Below are positions 50,267 to 64,000 of a stretch of DNA of 64,000 bases, piece after piece. A program made the translations under genes and the position numbers. The notes beneath the pieces are model-generated. The model was not told the origin of the DNA. It saw only the letters and a list, made by a program, of their open reading frames with translations, and made no database searches. This stretch comes from Eledone cirrhosa (taxonomy: Eukaryota): contig OZ024757.1 of the NCBI GenBank assembly GCA_964016885.1, forward strand, positions 26,598,001 through 26,662,000, in the 5' to 3' direction. Numbering within the stretch: the first letter of the stretch is position 1; the number at the start of each line of letters is the position of its first letter.

Positions 50267-50311
<45 letters not shown>

Positions 50312-52121
50312 AATATCTATACCCACTTCACTATGACTAGGTCAAGAATATTAGCAAACATGTAATTTAAACTTGGTCTACTATAATAGCAATGCCGACT
50401 CGGACAACAAAGAAATCATTGCAATATTATCTTATTTATTTGTACAAGCTAAAAAGGAAAACATATTCCAGTCTCGGCTGCCTGGAATGTTCCAGAAATT
50501 TCTCCAATCTCTTTCTCTGGCTCTATACAACAACAACAACAGCAACAACAGACCAAGGAAGATATATATAATGAAAGAGAGACGGGAGTCAATTGCTTGT
50601 AACTAATCTGTGTTGACGGAGAAGTCTGTGATATGGAAGAGAAAATCTGAATGTTGGGAAAGAAGAAGAATAAAGAATGGGATTAAATGGCACCAGGAAT
50701 ATAAAAGAATCTCAGCTTTCAATGTCTTCTTTCTTTCTACGTTGTTATTATCATTATTATTATTATTATTATAATAATTGTTTCTACTTTTGGGACAAGG
50801 CCAGCAATTATCCCAGTGCATTACTGGTACTTTATTTTATCGACCCCGAAAGGATGAAAGCCTGAGGTTAACTTTGCTTTTCATCCTTTTGGGGTCAATA
50901 AAATAAAGTACCAGTCACGCACTGGGGTCGATTTAATTGACTTCCCCTCCCCCAAAATTGCTGGCCTTGTGCCTATATAAGAAACCATTATTTTTATTAT
51001 AGCGCAGTGGATTGGCAGTATCGGTAGAGGGTCAGATGCCATGCATTCCAGCATAGTTACCTCCCTTTATGATCTGAGTTCAAATCCCGCCGAGGTTGAC
51101 TTTGCCTTTCATCTTTACGGGGTCGATAAAATAAAGTACCAGTAATACACTGGGATAATTGCTGGCCTTGTGCCAAAAGTAGAAACAATTATTATTATTA
51201 TTACTATTTTGTCTCTTTTGTATTTCTTTATTGCTTTTATCTTAAATTTTCATACATATTTATTTGTATTTTGTGGTGTTATTTATTTATTCCTGCCGAG
51301 GTTAACTTTGCCTTTCATCCTTCTGGGGTCGATAGAATAAAGTACCAGTAATGCATTGGGTAATTGCTGGCCTTGTGCCAAAAGTAGAAACAGTTATTTA
51401 TTTATTCATTAATATATTATTTATTTTTTTTGACAATCAGAGAGAAACTCTGCTCTCTGCCCCTACCCCCCAAGGCTTGGCGAACACAATCGATGAGAAA
51501 TAAATCTTATGGAATGAATTCTTGGGGATATTTAAATATTGGAAAAGTTGAGCATGAAGACGGAGGAAGAGGGGGGTGAGATATAATCACAGCCTCGTCT
51601 TAAACACTATATGTACAGACAAACACATGTATACATTGATGCAGATGTACATCCACACATGCATGAATTGGCACACCCACACATGTGCACCGATGCAAAT
51701 GCACACTCAGAGATGCATGGGTGCATGGAGACAAATGCACACCCACACGTGCATACATGGAATCATATGCACACCCAAACATGTATGCATAGAATAAGAT
51801 GCACACCCACACATGCATACATGAAATAGGATGCACACCCAAACATGTATGGATGCACACACATGCATACATGGAATAAGAAGCACACCCAAACATGTAT
51901 ACATGGTATAGGATGCACACCTAAACATACATGAGTGTATGGAGGTACATGTGTATATATATATATGCTTTCTTTAACATGCATGGATGTACACCCACAC
52001 TTGTGCACATTTATGCATATTCATATCAACATATGCCTGAATGGATGCACACAGCTAAACACCCACATAGTCAGTGTTATGTTAATCACTTTAAAATGAA
52101 AGAGTGTCCCAAGACCAGAGC

Positions 52122-52153
<32 letters not shown>

Positions 52154-52340
52154 TTATACATATACACACATATATATATATCTATACACACATATATATA
52201 TATATATACATATACACATGTAAATATATATATATATATATATACATATATACCCCAAAATGACTAACTAAACACTCATATATCAAGCATTAAACTAATC
52301 CATGCATCTTTACATATACACACATTATATATGTATCACA

Positions 52341-53238
52341 GAGTGAATGTAGCTAAGACAAAAGTGTTGAGTAGAAAAGAGGACAAAACTCTGATTCCGT
52401 CAGGGAAATGGCCATGTTGGATATGCAGAAAAGGAACTGGCATAAATTCTATAAAATGCACACAATGCAGATCCTGGGTACACAAGAGATGTAGCAGGAT
52501 AGCAGGCAAACTAACAGGTAGGGAGAAATGCGTATGCAGTAGATGTACAGGGAAATTAGACAGTAGAAGTCGCATTGATAGACACATTTTTCAAATGCAG
52601 GAGGGCGCTATAGAAGTGGTGGATAGCTTCCGGTACCTAGGAGATCAGATTAGCATGGGAGGAGGGTGTTCCGAGGCCATAGTATCTAGAATAAGGACGG
52701 GTTGAAAGAAGTTTAGGGAGCTGCTTCCTCTGCTGACGAAGAAGGGTTTCTCCCTGCATACGAAAGGCCGGTTGTATGATGCCTGTGTGAGGAGCGCGAT
52801 GCTGCATGGTAGTGAGACATGGGCAGCAACTGCAGAGGATATGCGACGGCTGGAGAGAAATGAGGCAAGCATGCTCCGTTGGATGTGCAGTGCAAATGTG
52901 CATGAACGACCCAGCATAAATGTGTTGAGAGAGAAACTGTGTTTGAGAGGGATAGAATGTAGTGTACGGGAGAGGAGACTGAGGTGGTATGGACATGTGA
53001 TGCGCATGGAGGATGACCGATGGGTGAAGAAGTGTCAGGAAATGCCAGTTGAAGGAAGACGTGGTAGAGGTAGACCACGAAAAACATGGGTGGAGGTGGT
53101 GAGAACAGACCTCAGATCATTGAAGCTCACGGTGGAGATGACGAAGGACCGTGACGAGTGGAGAGATGCTGTGCTGAATAAGATCCGTCTCACCCTTGCA
53201 AGCAGGGAAAAGCGGACGTAAAATGATGATGATGATGA
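52341..53238 (+). mobile_element. RTE-clade LINE 3' fragment with PHD-like finger and (GAT)n tail
   Basis: KWPCWICRKG...CTQCRSWVHKRCS, FRYLGD, YDACVRSAMLHGSETW, RRLRWYGHVMRM, GRGRPRKTW; one in-frame TGA at 52703. Confidence 0.92.
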
Positions 53239-53909
53239 TATATATATATATATATATACACATACATACATATAAAGTATATACATTTGCTATGTTGTAA
53301 GTACCAATTTAATAATTGTTTCTACTTTTGGCACAAGGCCAGCAAATACCCAGCGCATTACTGGTACTTTATTTTATCGACCCCGTAAGGATGAAAGGCA
53401 AAGTTAACCTCGGCGGGATTTGAACTTGGAATGGCAAGGGCCGTAACTCTATGCGTCAAAGCATGGCGTCCGACCCTCTACCGATACTGCCAATCAATAA
53501 TGAGAAATTTTTTATCTTATCAAGATTTGTTGAAAAAGCAAGGACAATATGTTTTAGTAAATATATTAGCACTAGGAAGAGCCTCCTCCAGCTGTAGAAA
53601 CTAAACCAAAATCGGTTCTGTATGAGCAAGACATGGTCACCTGACCTAGAATTGCTCACCACAGGATAACTTGTCTAACCCATGCCAGCATGGAAAAGTG
53701 GACATGAACCCTTTAGCATTTAAATCAGCCATACCCTGCCAGAATTCTCTCGCCTTTTTTCTGTTCAAACCAGCCCTAACCGGCTACTCATACTGATATG
53801 AAGGTATTGTTCTAAAAAAATAGATGATATCAAAATGTCATAGATACGATCTTATGTGAGATAATTATGTGAAATAAAGTGTTTACCATGAAAATACAAT
53901 AGTGTATAT

Positions 53910-54215
53910 ATGCGAGAGTCAAGTCTGTTGGTTAGAGGGGCACAACTATTCAACTCCATTCCGGTACATGTCAGAATTCTATCAGGATGCAGTGTGGAAT
54001 CATTCAAATTGCAGCTGGATAGATACTTAAGCACCATTAGAGATGAACCCCATCTCCCAGGATATACACAACGAGCACAAACTGACTCAAACTCGCTCCT
54101 ACACATGTCAAAATTAAACAGAGAATCCAACCTGGCAACCACACCAGACTCTGAGGGTGGAGTCTTCGACTTGGCCTGAGCATGGACTCAAACTCAAATG
54201 AAATAAAATGAAATG
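53910..54215 (+). mobile_element. LINE (CR1/L2 group) 3' end inserted in a piggyBac-like MITE
   Basis: RGAQLFNSIP..VR.L....VESFK.QLDRYL.TI.DEP..PGY, followed by an (AAATG)n-like tail. Confidence 0.75.
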
Positions 54216-56650
54216 ACTACAGTAATGTAAATGCTAAAGGGTTAAATGGTAATGATGATGATGATGATGATGACACTAACAATCCTACCAACCCCCCACT
54301 CTGTTGGTAGAAAAGATCGATTCCTAATTTAGGCACAAGGCCAGAAATTGTTTTGGGGGAAGAGTAAAGTGGAATAAATCAAACCCAGTGCATCACGGGT
54401 ACCTTAGAGGCTCTCTTTAGTGTGGAAACATGGACATTAGATGATGGTGATGATGATGATGATGATGGTGATGGTTATGGTGATGATGATGATGGTGGTG
54501 ATGATGATGGTGATGATGGTGATAATGATAATGATGATGATAATTATGATGATGGTGATGATGGTGATGATGATGACAATGATGATGATTCTAATGAAAA
54601 AGCCAAGCAACATCGGGATAATTTGAATCAATGCAACAACTGTTCTGTTCGGAACACAACTGAAAAGAAAATGGCTGCATGGGTAGAATGTCCAACAAAC
54701 AAAGAACAAAAACCAGAATCAATTCTGTGGAGGGAATATACTACAGAACATTTCAATATGATTAATTCCAAATTAAGAGGTTTTGAGTTGTATCAAATCA
54801 TGGTAGCTGAAACACATAGTCAGATATGTGAAAAATTGTTTTGATGTGATTTCAACTGAAGTTCCATGAGAAAATTCATTTACAAATCGGATAAGATTTT
54901 GGTATTCAAGGCTTACTGATATTAATCTTGTAAAACAAACTATGAATTTCCACACCATCAGTCCTGCCTAACATCTCTGAGATTTTCAAATCAAAATAGA
55001 ACCAATCTTCTTTTTTAGATGTAGTGTAGGAGTTTCATGGATATCACATGGATCAATGATTAAATAGTTTGCTTCACAATTATAAGGTTTCAGGTTCGAT
55101 TCCATTGTGTGGAATCTTGGGCAAGTATCATTTACTATAGCCTTAGGTTGACCTATGCCTTGTGAGAGAAATTGGGTAGACAGAAACTGTTTGGAAGCCT
55201 GGTGGTTGGACTACTGCATCTGTAATTCAAAAAGTCATCACCACAGACAAACACTACCATATCACTGACATACACACCATCATACTATACCACTGACTTG
55301 CACACCCTCACAACACCACACTACTGAAAACACATACACCACACCACTGAAACAGATATCATCATACCACTAACACACTAACATACACCATTAAACCACT
55401 GATTTATACCACCATACCAATAAACACATATACCATTATACCACCACAACATCATACCAATACACAGCCATACCACCACCACACACACCACCATACCACC
55501 ACCACCACACCACACTATCACGATACCACCACCATACTACAATCAACATTTCAATAAGACACCAAGGAACAACAACATAAATTACAATCTGTAGTTATTT
55601 ACCAACAACATACCACAAACACGCACTACCATACACCACCAACACGCACTACCATACACCACCGCACCACCAACACGCACTACCATACACCACCAACACG
55701 CACTAACCATACACCACCACACCACCAACACGCACTACCATACACCACCACACCACAATCAACATTTCAATAAGACACCAAGGAACAACAACATAAATTA
55801 CAATCTGTAGTTATTTAATATGAGAAAAACAATAACAACAACAAATATAAAACAAACAAGAATTTGTTTGATTTTTGTTTCTGTAAACATCAAAACATTA
55901 GAATAGAATTTCAGATTTTCAAAGGAATTTTACATAAAATATGTTAAAGACATTCTTCCTGTTATGTAGGGTTTGTGGTTTACATGGCCCTTAACTCCTG
56001 GTGGAATTGTAAGGGTATTTAAAGCTGGTAAAGACCATCTCTCTCCAGGGTTTGAACACAGCCGATTTTTTCCAAAGAAAATAAATGCAAGAGAATATAT
56101 ATATATATATATAGAAAGAGAGAGATATCTATATAGAGATACACACACATATTTATATATATATATATATATATAAAGAGAGCTACATATATATATAGAG
56201 AGAGATGAGAGATACAGGGGAAAGATATATATATATATATAGAGAGAGAGAGAGTCATCTCCAGGACTATACCAGAACTTTATTGATCTCAGAAGGATGA
56301 AAGGCAATGTTAACATCAGTGGGATTTGAACTCAGAACGTAAAGGGTCAAAATAATAAAAATAACCAATAAAACTGCAGCAGAAATGATGCAAAGACAAT
56401 CTTTCTTCTCCTTTCAGACATTAAAATGTCCATAATGTCTTCATTCAGGAAAATATGATTTGTAATTCGTGGGGAAGGGGAAGAGTCAATTACAGTACCA
56501 ACCCTTACCTGCGGTCATGATTCTTGGTAGTGACCGAAAGAATATGGTCACAAATACGAATAAAAGTGGTCTTTGGAGTGACATTGTTCAATAGGGTATA
56601 TAAAGCAGAGATCAGAGAGTCACTCCAGGTAGAGCCGTTACTTCTCCTAA

Positions 56651-58203
56651 TTGAGAGATCACAGCTCCAATACTATGGGCATGTGGTTAGAATATCTCAG
56701 ATCAGAATCTCTGAATTGAAAGATCACAGCTCCAATACTATGGGCATGTGGTTATAATATCTTAGGAAAGAATCTCTGAATTGAGAGATCACAGCTCCGA
56801 TACTATGGACATGTGGTTAGAATGTCTCTGGAAAGAATCTCTGAATTGAGAGATCACAGCTCCAATACTATGGACATGTGGTTAGAATGTCTCTGGAAAG
56901 AATCTCTGAATTGAGATATCACTGCTCCGATACTATGGACATGTGGTTAGAATGTCTCTAGAAAGAATCTCTGAATTGAGAGATCACAGCTCCGATACTA
57001 TGGACATGTGGTTAGAATGTCTCTGGAAAGAATCTCTGAATTGAGAGATCACAGCTCCAATACTATGGACATGTGGTTAGAATGTCTTAGGAAAGAATCT
57101 CTGAATTGAGAGATCACTGCTCCGATACTATGGACATGTGGTTAGAATGTCTTAGGAAAGAATCTCTGAATTGAGAGATCACAGCTCCAATACTATGGGC
57201 ATGTGGTTAGAATGTCTCAGGAAAGAATCTCTGAATTGAAAGATCACAGCTCCAATACTATGGGCATGTGGTTAGAATGTCTTAGGAAAGAATCTGTGAA
57301 TTGAGAGATCACAGCTCCGATACTATGGGCATGTGGTTAGAATGTCTCAGGAAAGAATCTCTGAATTGAGAGATCACAGCTCCGATACTATGGACATGTG
57401 GTTAGAATGTCTCAGGAAAGAATCTCTGAATTGAGAGATCACAGCTCCGATACTATGGGCATGTGGTTAGAATGTCTCAGGAAAGAATCTCTGAATTGAG
57501 AGATCACAGCTCCAATACTATGGGCATGTGGTTAGAATGTCTCAGGAAAGAATCTCTGAATTGAGAGATCACAGCTCCGATACTATGGACATGTGGTTAG
57601 AATGTCTCAGGAAAGAATCTCTGAATTGAGAGATCACAGCTCCGATACTATGGACATGTGGTTAGAATGTCTCAGGAAAGAATCTCTGAATTGAAAGATC
57701 ACAGCTCCAATACTATGGGCATGTGGTTATAATGTCTCAGGAAAGAATCTGTGAATTGAGAGATCACAGCTCCGATACTATGGACATGTGGTTAGAATGT
57801 CTCAGGAAAGAATCTCTGAATTGAAAGATCACAGCTCCAATACTATGGGCATGTGGTTATAATGTCTCAGGAAAGAATCTGTGAATTGAGAGATCACAGC
57901 TCCGATACTATGGGCATGTGGTTAGAATGTCTCAGGAAAGAATCTGTGAATTGAGAGATCACAGCTCCGATACTATGGGCATGGGGTTAGAATGTCTCAG
58001 GAAAGAATCTCTGAATTGAGAGATCACAGCTCCGATACTATGGGCATGTGGTTAGAATGTCTCAGGAAAGAATCTCTGAATTGAGAGATCACAGCTCCGA
58101 TACTATGGGCATGTGGTTAGAATGTCTCAGGAAAGAATCTCTGAATTGAGAGATCACAGCTCCGATACTATGGGCATGTGGTTAGAATGTCTCAGGAAAG
58201 AAT
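56651..58203 (+). repeat. 65-bp satellite, 24 units, amplified from within an RTE-like LINE 3' end
   Basis: TTGAGAGATCACAGCTCC... at 56651+65n up to 58146. The flanks (56500-56650; 58204-58443 with (GAA)n tail) continue the LINE. Confidence 0.95.
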
Positions 58204-59098
58204 TGCTGGATAGATTTTACAGACAAAACCAACCAGCAGGAGACCCATCTCTGAGCAAGATGGTTGGATAACATCCATGAGTTTAGCTGGTCTCACTTGG
58301 AGGATCCAGCTGGATCAGTTGGAGATGGTTGCTTCTGACAGGACCTGTTGGAGGGAGCGTTTGAGGACTCTGCCCCCACGACCCTCTCAGGAATATGTGG
58401 GAGAAGAAGAAGAAGAAGAAGAAGAAGAAGAAGAAGAAGAAGAGATGTAATGATAATAGCATAAGACATTACAGCACTGTTTCTTTTAGTGTAAAGCTGT
58501 AGAAATATTGAAATTGTAGTGACAGAAATGGCATAAAACTTTACAATGCCTCAATTTATTTTGACTTTCTTGGGATTTGAACCATTTAGACAATTTGCAG
58601 ATCCTTGTTAGGATTCTGCTAAAAAAAAATCAAAGAGAGTTTAAGCAATGGCAGCTTTAAGTACAGTATGTTTTGAAAACATTATGATATTGCATTTGGC
58701 AAAAAGAAGAAGAATTTCAAGAGAAGAATTAATTTTGCTTACTTTAATCTTTTGAATACCAACCCTCCCCAAACTGCTGTTGTTTCTATGAAACAAAACA
58801 GCCCATTTTAAACAGTTCCTATTTTCAATTATAATTTCATATAAGCACTTTTTGTTAATTTGCATTGCAAATATCATTTTAATAATGAAATATTTCATTA
58901 TTGATTATTTCAATATTAAGATGATGATGAGAAAACACAGGATTTGAAATTCTTTTAGAAAGAATTAGTCTGTGTGTGTTTCGGTGTGTGTATGTGTTGG
59001 GTTAGTTCGAGTTCTTGTGGTTGAGCATGGGGCATTGTGTCGATGTGTGACACACACATAATATATATATATATGGTATGAATGTATATTATAAAACA

Positions 59099-59427
59099 CA
59101 GTGTACCCCCAGGCATTTACAATCCCGGTTATTCACAGAATTTTCCTTAGAACCTAACTAATAATTGTTTGTGGAAACCACCGCATATTCATGGAATCAT
59201 AAATATCTTCCGGGATTTTTTAAAATGGCTTTTTTCGTGGCAATATATATTTTTTCATGCTTTTTAACACTAAATTATTAATAACAATATATTGTATTTG
59301 CAAGCCTAGATTTTATGTTATATTGACGTTTATAGGCATTTTTATGGACCGTGTCCAATATTCACGGTTTTTCATTCTTTGAGGGTGTTCTAGGAACGTA
59401 ACCCCTGCAAATACTGGGGGACAACTG
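59099..59427. mobile_element. Old Tigger/pogo-like MITE
   Basis: Imperfect terminal inverted repeats CAGTGTACCCCCAGGCATTTAC / GCAAATACTGGGGGACAACTG. Confidence 0.5.
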
Positions 59428-60002
59428 TGTATACAATGTTCATCAAATGCATGCCTTTTTACAGAACTTGAACTTAGTCAATTCAGTCAATCCACTGCCC
59501 CAGACTGGTCCTTTTTGTATTGACCTCCAAAAGAATGCACAGCAAAATTAACCCCAACAGGAATTGAAAGAAATACTACAAGGTATTTCCTCTGATGCTC
59601 GAACACCCTGTCGTGTCACTGGCCAGTGATAAGAAGGGCTTTATTCAGGTATAAAATCAATTATCCAAATAAAAATATAACCACCCCACTCATGTTGACG
59701 GCTGTACTAAATTCTTTTTAAATCCCTAAACACACAAAAGGTGATAGTGCCCACACCTTATATATTGTCTGCACAAAACATTTTTTTCTTTTTTTGGAGT
59801 GATATATAAATTTTATTTGAATAAAATAGTGTTCTTCATTTCTTGATGCCCTAAACGTGGGCTTATTTTGCTTAAAATGTTTAATCCAAACCCGGTCATG
59901 CTACAAGCATGGATATATGGATGTACAACAGTAAAAATTACAAAAAAATATTTAATTTTAAAATAAAATGTTTAGTGCATCTTTTTTTTGATTATTTCAT
60001 TT

Positions 60003-60968
60003 CTAGACATCCGTAGTTGATGTGATCCTTACTTTGTTTTCTAGAGTGATAAAATTTGAATCTTGCTCCTGTATCCGAGAAGCAGCACAGGAGCAATTCG
60101 GTTTGCTCCACAGACGTTGCAGGCCCATACGAAACTCACGGCTCATAATCAAATAGACAAAAAACTTGTAGAATGAGTTCCCAATAGCAAGCCAGAGCAA
60201 GTAGAAGTTTAACGGGCTCCTGTAGTCGTTTTGCCTGCTGTAGATAATATGGTGCACTTGTAAAACACACCACGGGATCCATGCTAGGATGAATATCACA
60301 GACGCAACAGAATTCATAAAATAGTTCCATGGTCGGGATGCTCGATCCTGAATGATAGTCTCATAGACTTCTCGTTTCTTTTTGAAGGAAGGGGAGCAGA
60401 GGTAGGCTGTAGTGTAGATCAGGCCAAATATTGGTGGACAGGTCATGATGAGGCCTGCTGTGATGAAGTAGGCTAACTGGAGTTTCGTGTCGACGATACA
60501 CATGAAAGCTTCCTCATCGTATCGGGCACGGTGCAGGGCAAAGAGTGGGGGACAACAGAAGCTGAAAGCAGAAACCCACACAAACACAGTCCAGCAGATA
60601 CAGCGTACTGGAGACATGAGTGTGTGGTACCGTTCCGGTCTGCGTATAGCAACATAGTGATCAACGTTGATACACATCAATGAATATAAGCCAGCAATCC
60701 AAAATATAGTAGCAAGATATGCTTCAATTTGACAGAATCGGTTATCACCATACACCCACTGACCAAAAAAAGATGTGAGGATGGAAAATGGAGTTATGAA
60801 AAGTCCTAGGCAGAGATCAGCAAATGTCAGTGAATAGAAAAACAGCTTATTGACATTGTGAAAGCAATTAGTGTTGCAAAGTACAAGAATTATAAGAATA
60901 TTGCCAACAATGATGACAAAATTAACAGCTATGATTAGTCCAGTCTGAATAGAAAGTTCCGGCTCCAT
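60003..60968 (-). CDS. Intronless class A (rhodopsin-like) orphan GPCR, GPR21/GPR52-like
   Basis: 321-aa ORF with seven hydrophobic segments: GN in TM1, SLxxADL in TM2, W..G...C before TM3, DHY at the DRY position, AWIP in TM6. TM7/helix 8 WLAIGNSF...VY......FRMGLQRL resembles GPR52 WLAISNSF...IY......FRLGLRRL. Confidence 0.9.
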   Translation of the reverse strand: MEPELSIQTGLIIAVNFVIIVGNILIILVLCNTNCFHNVNKLFFYSLTFADLCLGLFITPFSILTSFFGQWVYGDNRFCQIEAYLATIFWIAGLYSLMCINVDHYVAIRRPERYHTLMSPVRCICWTVFVWVSAFSFCCPPLFALHRARYDEEAFMCIVDTKLQLAYFITAGLIMTCPPIFGLIYTTAYLCSPSFKKKREVYETIIQDRASRPWNYFMNSVASVIFILAWIPWCVLQVHHIIYSRQNDYRSPLNFYLLWLAIGNSFYKFFVYLIMSREFRMGLQRLWSKPNCSCAASRIQEQDSNFITLENKVRITSTTDV

Positions 60969-63900
60969 TATAGTTTATGACAACCAAATCTTGTTAGACA
61001 GGAGGAAACAAAAATAGCGTTAAATGTTTCGTGATTGTATTACTAATGAGTTGTTTCCATAACTCTTAACATCCTGGAATTGTTTCCTGGAATTGTTTTT
61101 AAAATACCTAAATATATGGTTGTTACTTCAAACGTTTATATATAGTATGTATACTTGTGAAAATTTGCTATAAACTTAAGTCAAGACTTTAATGTTTAAT
61201 GAGATGCAGTAATGGTGTAGTTTTGTTCTTTTCAAGACCTCCTGTAATGATTTAGCAGAAAATATCTAAAAACATGTTAGTTAATTCAAATGTTTAGAAC
61301 ATCTTTACTAGTGGACAGATAGTTGTGAAAATTTGCAGTATTAAATTGAAAACTTCAATCTTTAATGTGATGTAGTCATAATTCTGTTTTGTATTTTTGA
61401 AGAATTCTTTGCTACTGTTGTTTCATGAAGTACAGGATATTCAAGAGTTGAGTGTTTCATTAATTTTCAATATAATCAAGATTTTGGAAGAGTTTTAATA
61501 AAATATTTGTGACTTTAGATGTTAGAATTAATTATGTTAATGTTGACCAACTGAAATCTCATCTTATCGTTCACATTTCAACGAGATTATGACTCAGAGA
61601 TTTTTTTACTTTAAACATGAATACTTTAATTCAGTTTTATATCAAAAAGATTTTAGTCTCTTTTGAGACAAAAAATTTATACATTGCAAAGAAGGAAAAT
61701 GGAAATTGCATTGTTAATTTTGAGAAATTCCGTAATTCTGTGAGGAGATCATGTTTGTCAATGAGGTTTATGTATTTCTTCATTTTGCTTTTCTCATAAA
61801 ATGAATAATTTAAAATCACTCAAATTGGAGGAATAATTACAAGAAAGAAGATTAGCATCGTTTTGATATTTCCAATCAGTTGACGAGAACATTTTGAAAT
61901 GTTTGTCTTTAAATTGCATAGCAAACAACAACAACAACAAAGACAATGGCAACAACAACAAAGACAATTGCAACAACAACAACAAAGACAATGGCAACAA
62001 CAACAACAAAGGCAGCACAGAAAGAAAAAAAATACAAATATGATAAAAAGAAAAACTAATAAAATTAAAACATGTTTAAATGAAAGAGAAATGATAAAAG
62101 ATGAAAGTCAGTTTTTTTGAAAATTTTAGATTTAAATAAATCTGAAGAATGTATTGGGTACATGTGTGTATGTGTGTGTGTAGATGAGAGTGAGTGTATG
62201 GTGTGTTGTGTGTGTGTGGTGTGTTGTGTGTAGATGAGAGTCAGTGTGTGATGTGTTGTGTGTGAGGTGTGTTGTGTGTGTGTGAATGAGCATGTGTGTG
62301 TGTATAATGTATGTGCGTGTAGCTGAGTGTGTGTGCTGTGTGTGTAGGTGAGTGCAGTGTATGTATGTAAGTGTACTGAGGAAGAGGAGAAGAAGAACAG
62401 CCACAACAACAACCACTACTACCACAACAACAACAACCACTACTACCACAACCTCCACCACAAGTAGAAAGAAGCAGGAGGTGAACGAACCAGTTAAACT
62501 AAAATATTAATAATGGAAGTTTTAAGACCACATGAAAGTGAAAATTATAAAAGAAAAACATATAAACAGAAAAATTCACAAAAACTGAACAAAAGAATGA
62601 ATATCTGTAAAGCTCAAGATGTCTTTCACCTCTCCTTTCTCCAGATAACAAGATCTGGAGGAGATATTTCAATCATACAAATTCAGAGGTTTATCTTTTA
62701 TATGCTTGTCTATCTGTCTGACTGTCAGCATATAACTCCTAACATCCTGTAATAATCTAACAGAGTATATTCAAAAATTAATTTCTTAACCATTTTGATA
62801 ATAGTAAACCTTTAGCATTTACATTACTCCATATTTACTATTGTATTTTCATGATAGACTTTATCTCACATATTATCGAATCTATGAGATTTTAATAATA
62901 TTTATTTTGAAAACAATACCTTAAAATAAGTATGAGCAGCCAGTTACAGCCGGTTTGAACAGAAAATGGTGAGAGAATTCTGGCCAGATATGGCTGGTTT
63001 AACCCTTTAGCATTTGCATTACTTTACATATACTATTGTATTTTCACAGTGATGACTTTACCTCACATAATATCAAATCTATGAGATTTTGATATTATTT
63101 ATTTTGAGAACAATAACTTAACATAAGTAAAAGCAACCAGTTACAGCTGGTTTGACTAGAAAGAGGTGAGAGAATTCTGTCTGAAGCTCCACTTAGTTCT
63201 ATGATACAAGAACTGTTTGATTTTAAGTGTTTATATTTATCTAAAAAAACAAATTCCATATCTTCAAGAACCTTTGTTAAATTATGCTCAAAACACCAAC
63301 TTAATATTGAGGAAGCTAGTTATATCAATAAGTCCCTCCAAATTCTTGATATTTTCCAAATTATTTGAAAATCATAAGCAGTGTCGTTCATTAGAAATAT
63401 GATAATGAAAGAGTTAAAGTGTTTATATTTTTCTTAAAACCCTCCATCATAATTTTCATGGTAAAACATTTGTTAAATTATCCTCCAGGCACTAGCTTAA
63501 ACCTTTAGCATTTACATTACTCTATATTTTCACAGTAAACACTTTTTCTCATATAATATCGAATCTATGAGATTTTGATATTTATTTTGAGAACAATACC
63601 TTTCTGTTTTGAAAAGCATAAGCAGTGTCTGTCATTAGAAATATGGTAATGAAAGGGTTAACTCAAATTTTTATATCTTTACTAGTGGACAGATCTTTGT
63701 GAAAATTGCAGTATCAGAATAACTATTTAATATTTAATGTGAAACAGTCAAAGAGCTGTTTTGTATTTTGTACTTGTCAAGAATGTCCTGTCAATGTGGT
63801 TCCATGTGGTACAGGATGTTAAGAGCTAAAACCAATAAACTTGGTCGGTGCTGAGGAGTTTTTGTTGTTATTTTCTTATCAATATTTTAGGGCTGTTGCT

Positions 63901-64000
63901 TTTACTCAAAGAACAAAACAAAATATCTTTATATATCTATCACTTAATATCTATTTATCTCACTGAGTCTAACTCACTATGTCTATATATATGTCTATCT

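Overview
Repeat-rich animal genomic DNA, most consistent with an octopus/coleoid cephalopod (inferred from the tRNA-derived SINEs, PHD-bearing RTE LINEs and dense (TA)n/(TG)n tracts). Three protein-coding genes were reconstructed by hand from GT-AG splice sites. (1) The last two exons of LTN1/Listerin (RING E3 ligase, + strand, 636-803 and 3001-3075). (2) Ten phase-compatible exons of a DPP7/DPP-II-type S28 serine peptidase (- strand, 43496 to 28688) with an intact Ser-Asp-His triad; its N-terminal exons were not found. (3) An intronless GPR21/GPR52-like orphan GPCR (- strand, 60003-60968) with non-canonical DHY and TM7 motifs. The rest is LINE/SINE/DNA-transposon debris, minisatellites, long hairpins and a ~3 kb tandem duplication. 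The most notable finding is a complete type I hammerhead ribozyme fold with a compensatory U3-A8 core (39341-39434, - strand), lying sense within the DPP7 intron just upstream of the catalytic-serine exon, with truncated relatives elsewhere. A second is an unexplained block at 16.3-18.7 kb: clustered B-box-like, STAT-like and octamer motifs between two paralogous segments with coding-type divergence. All calls come from reading the sequence; no database searches or folding programs were run.
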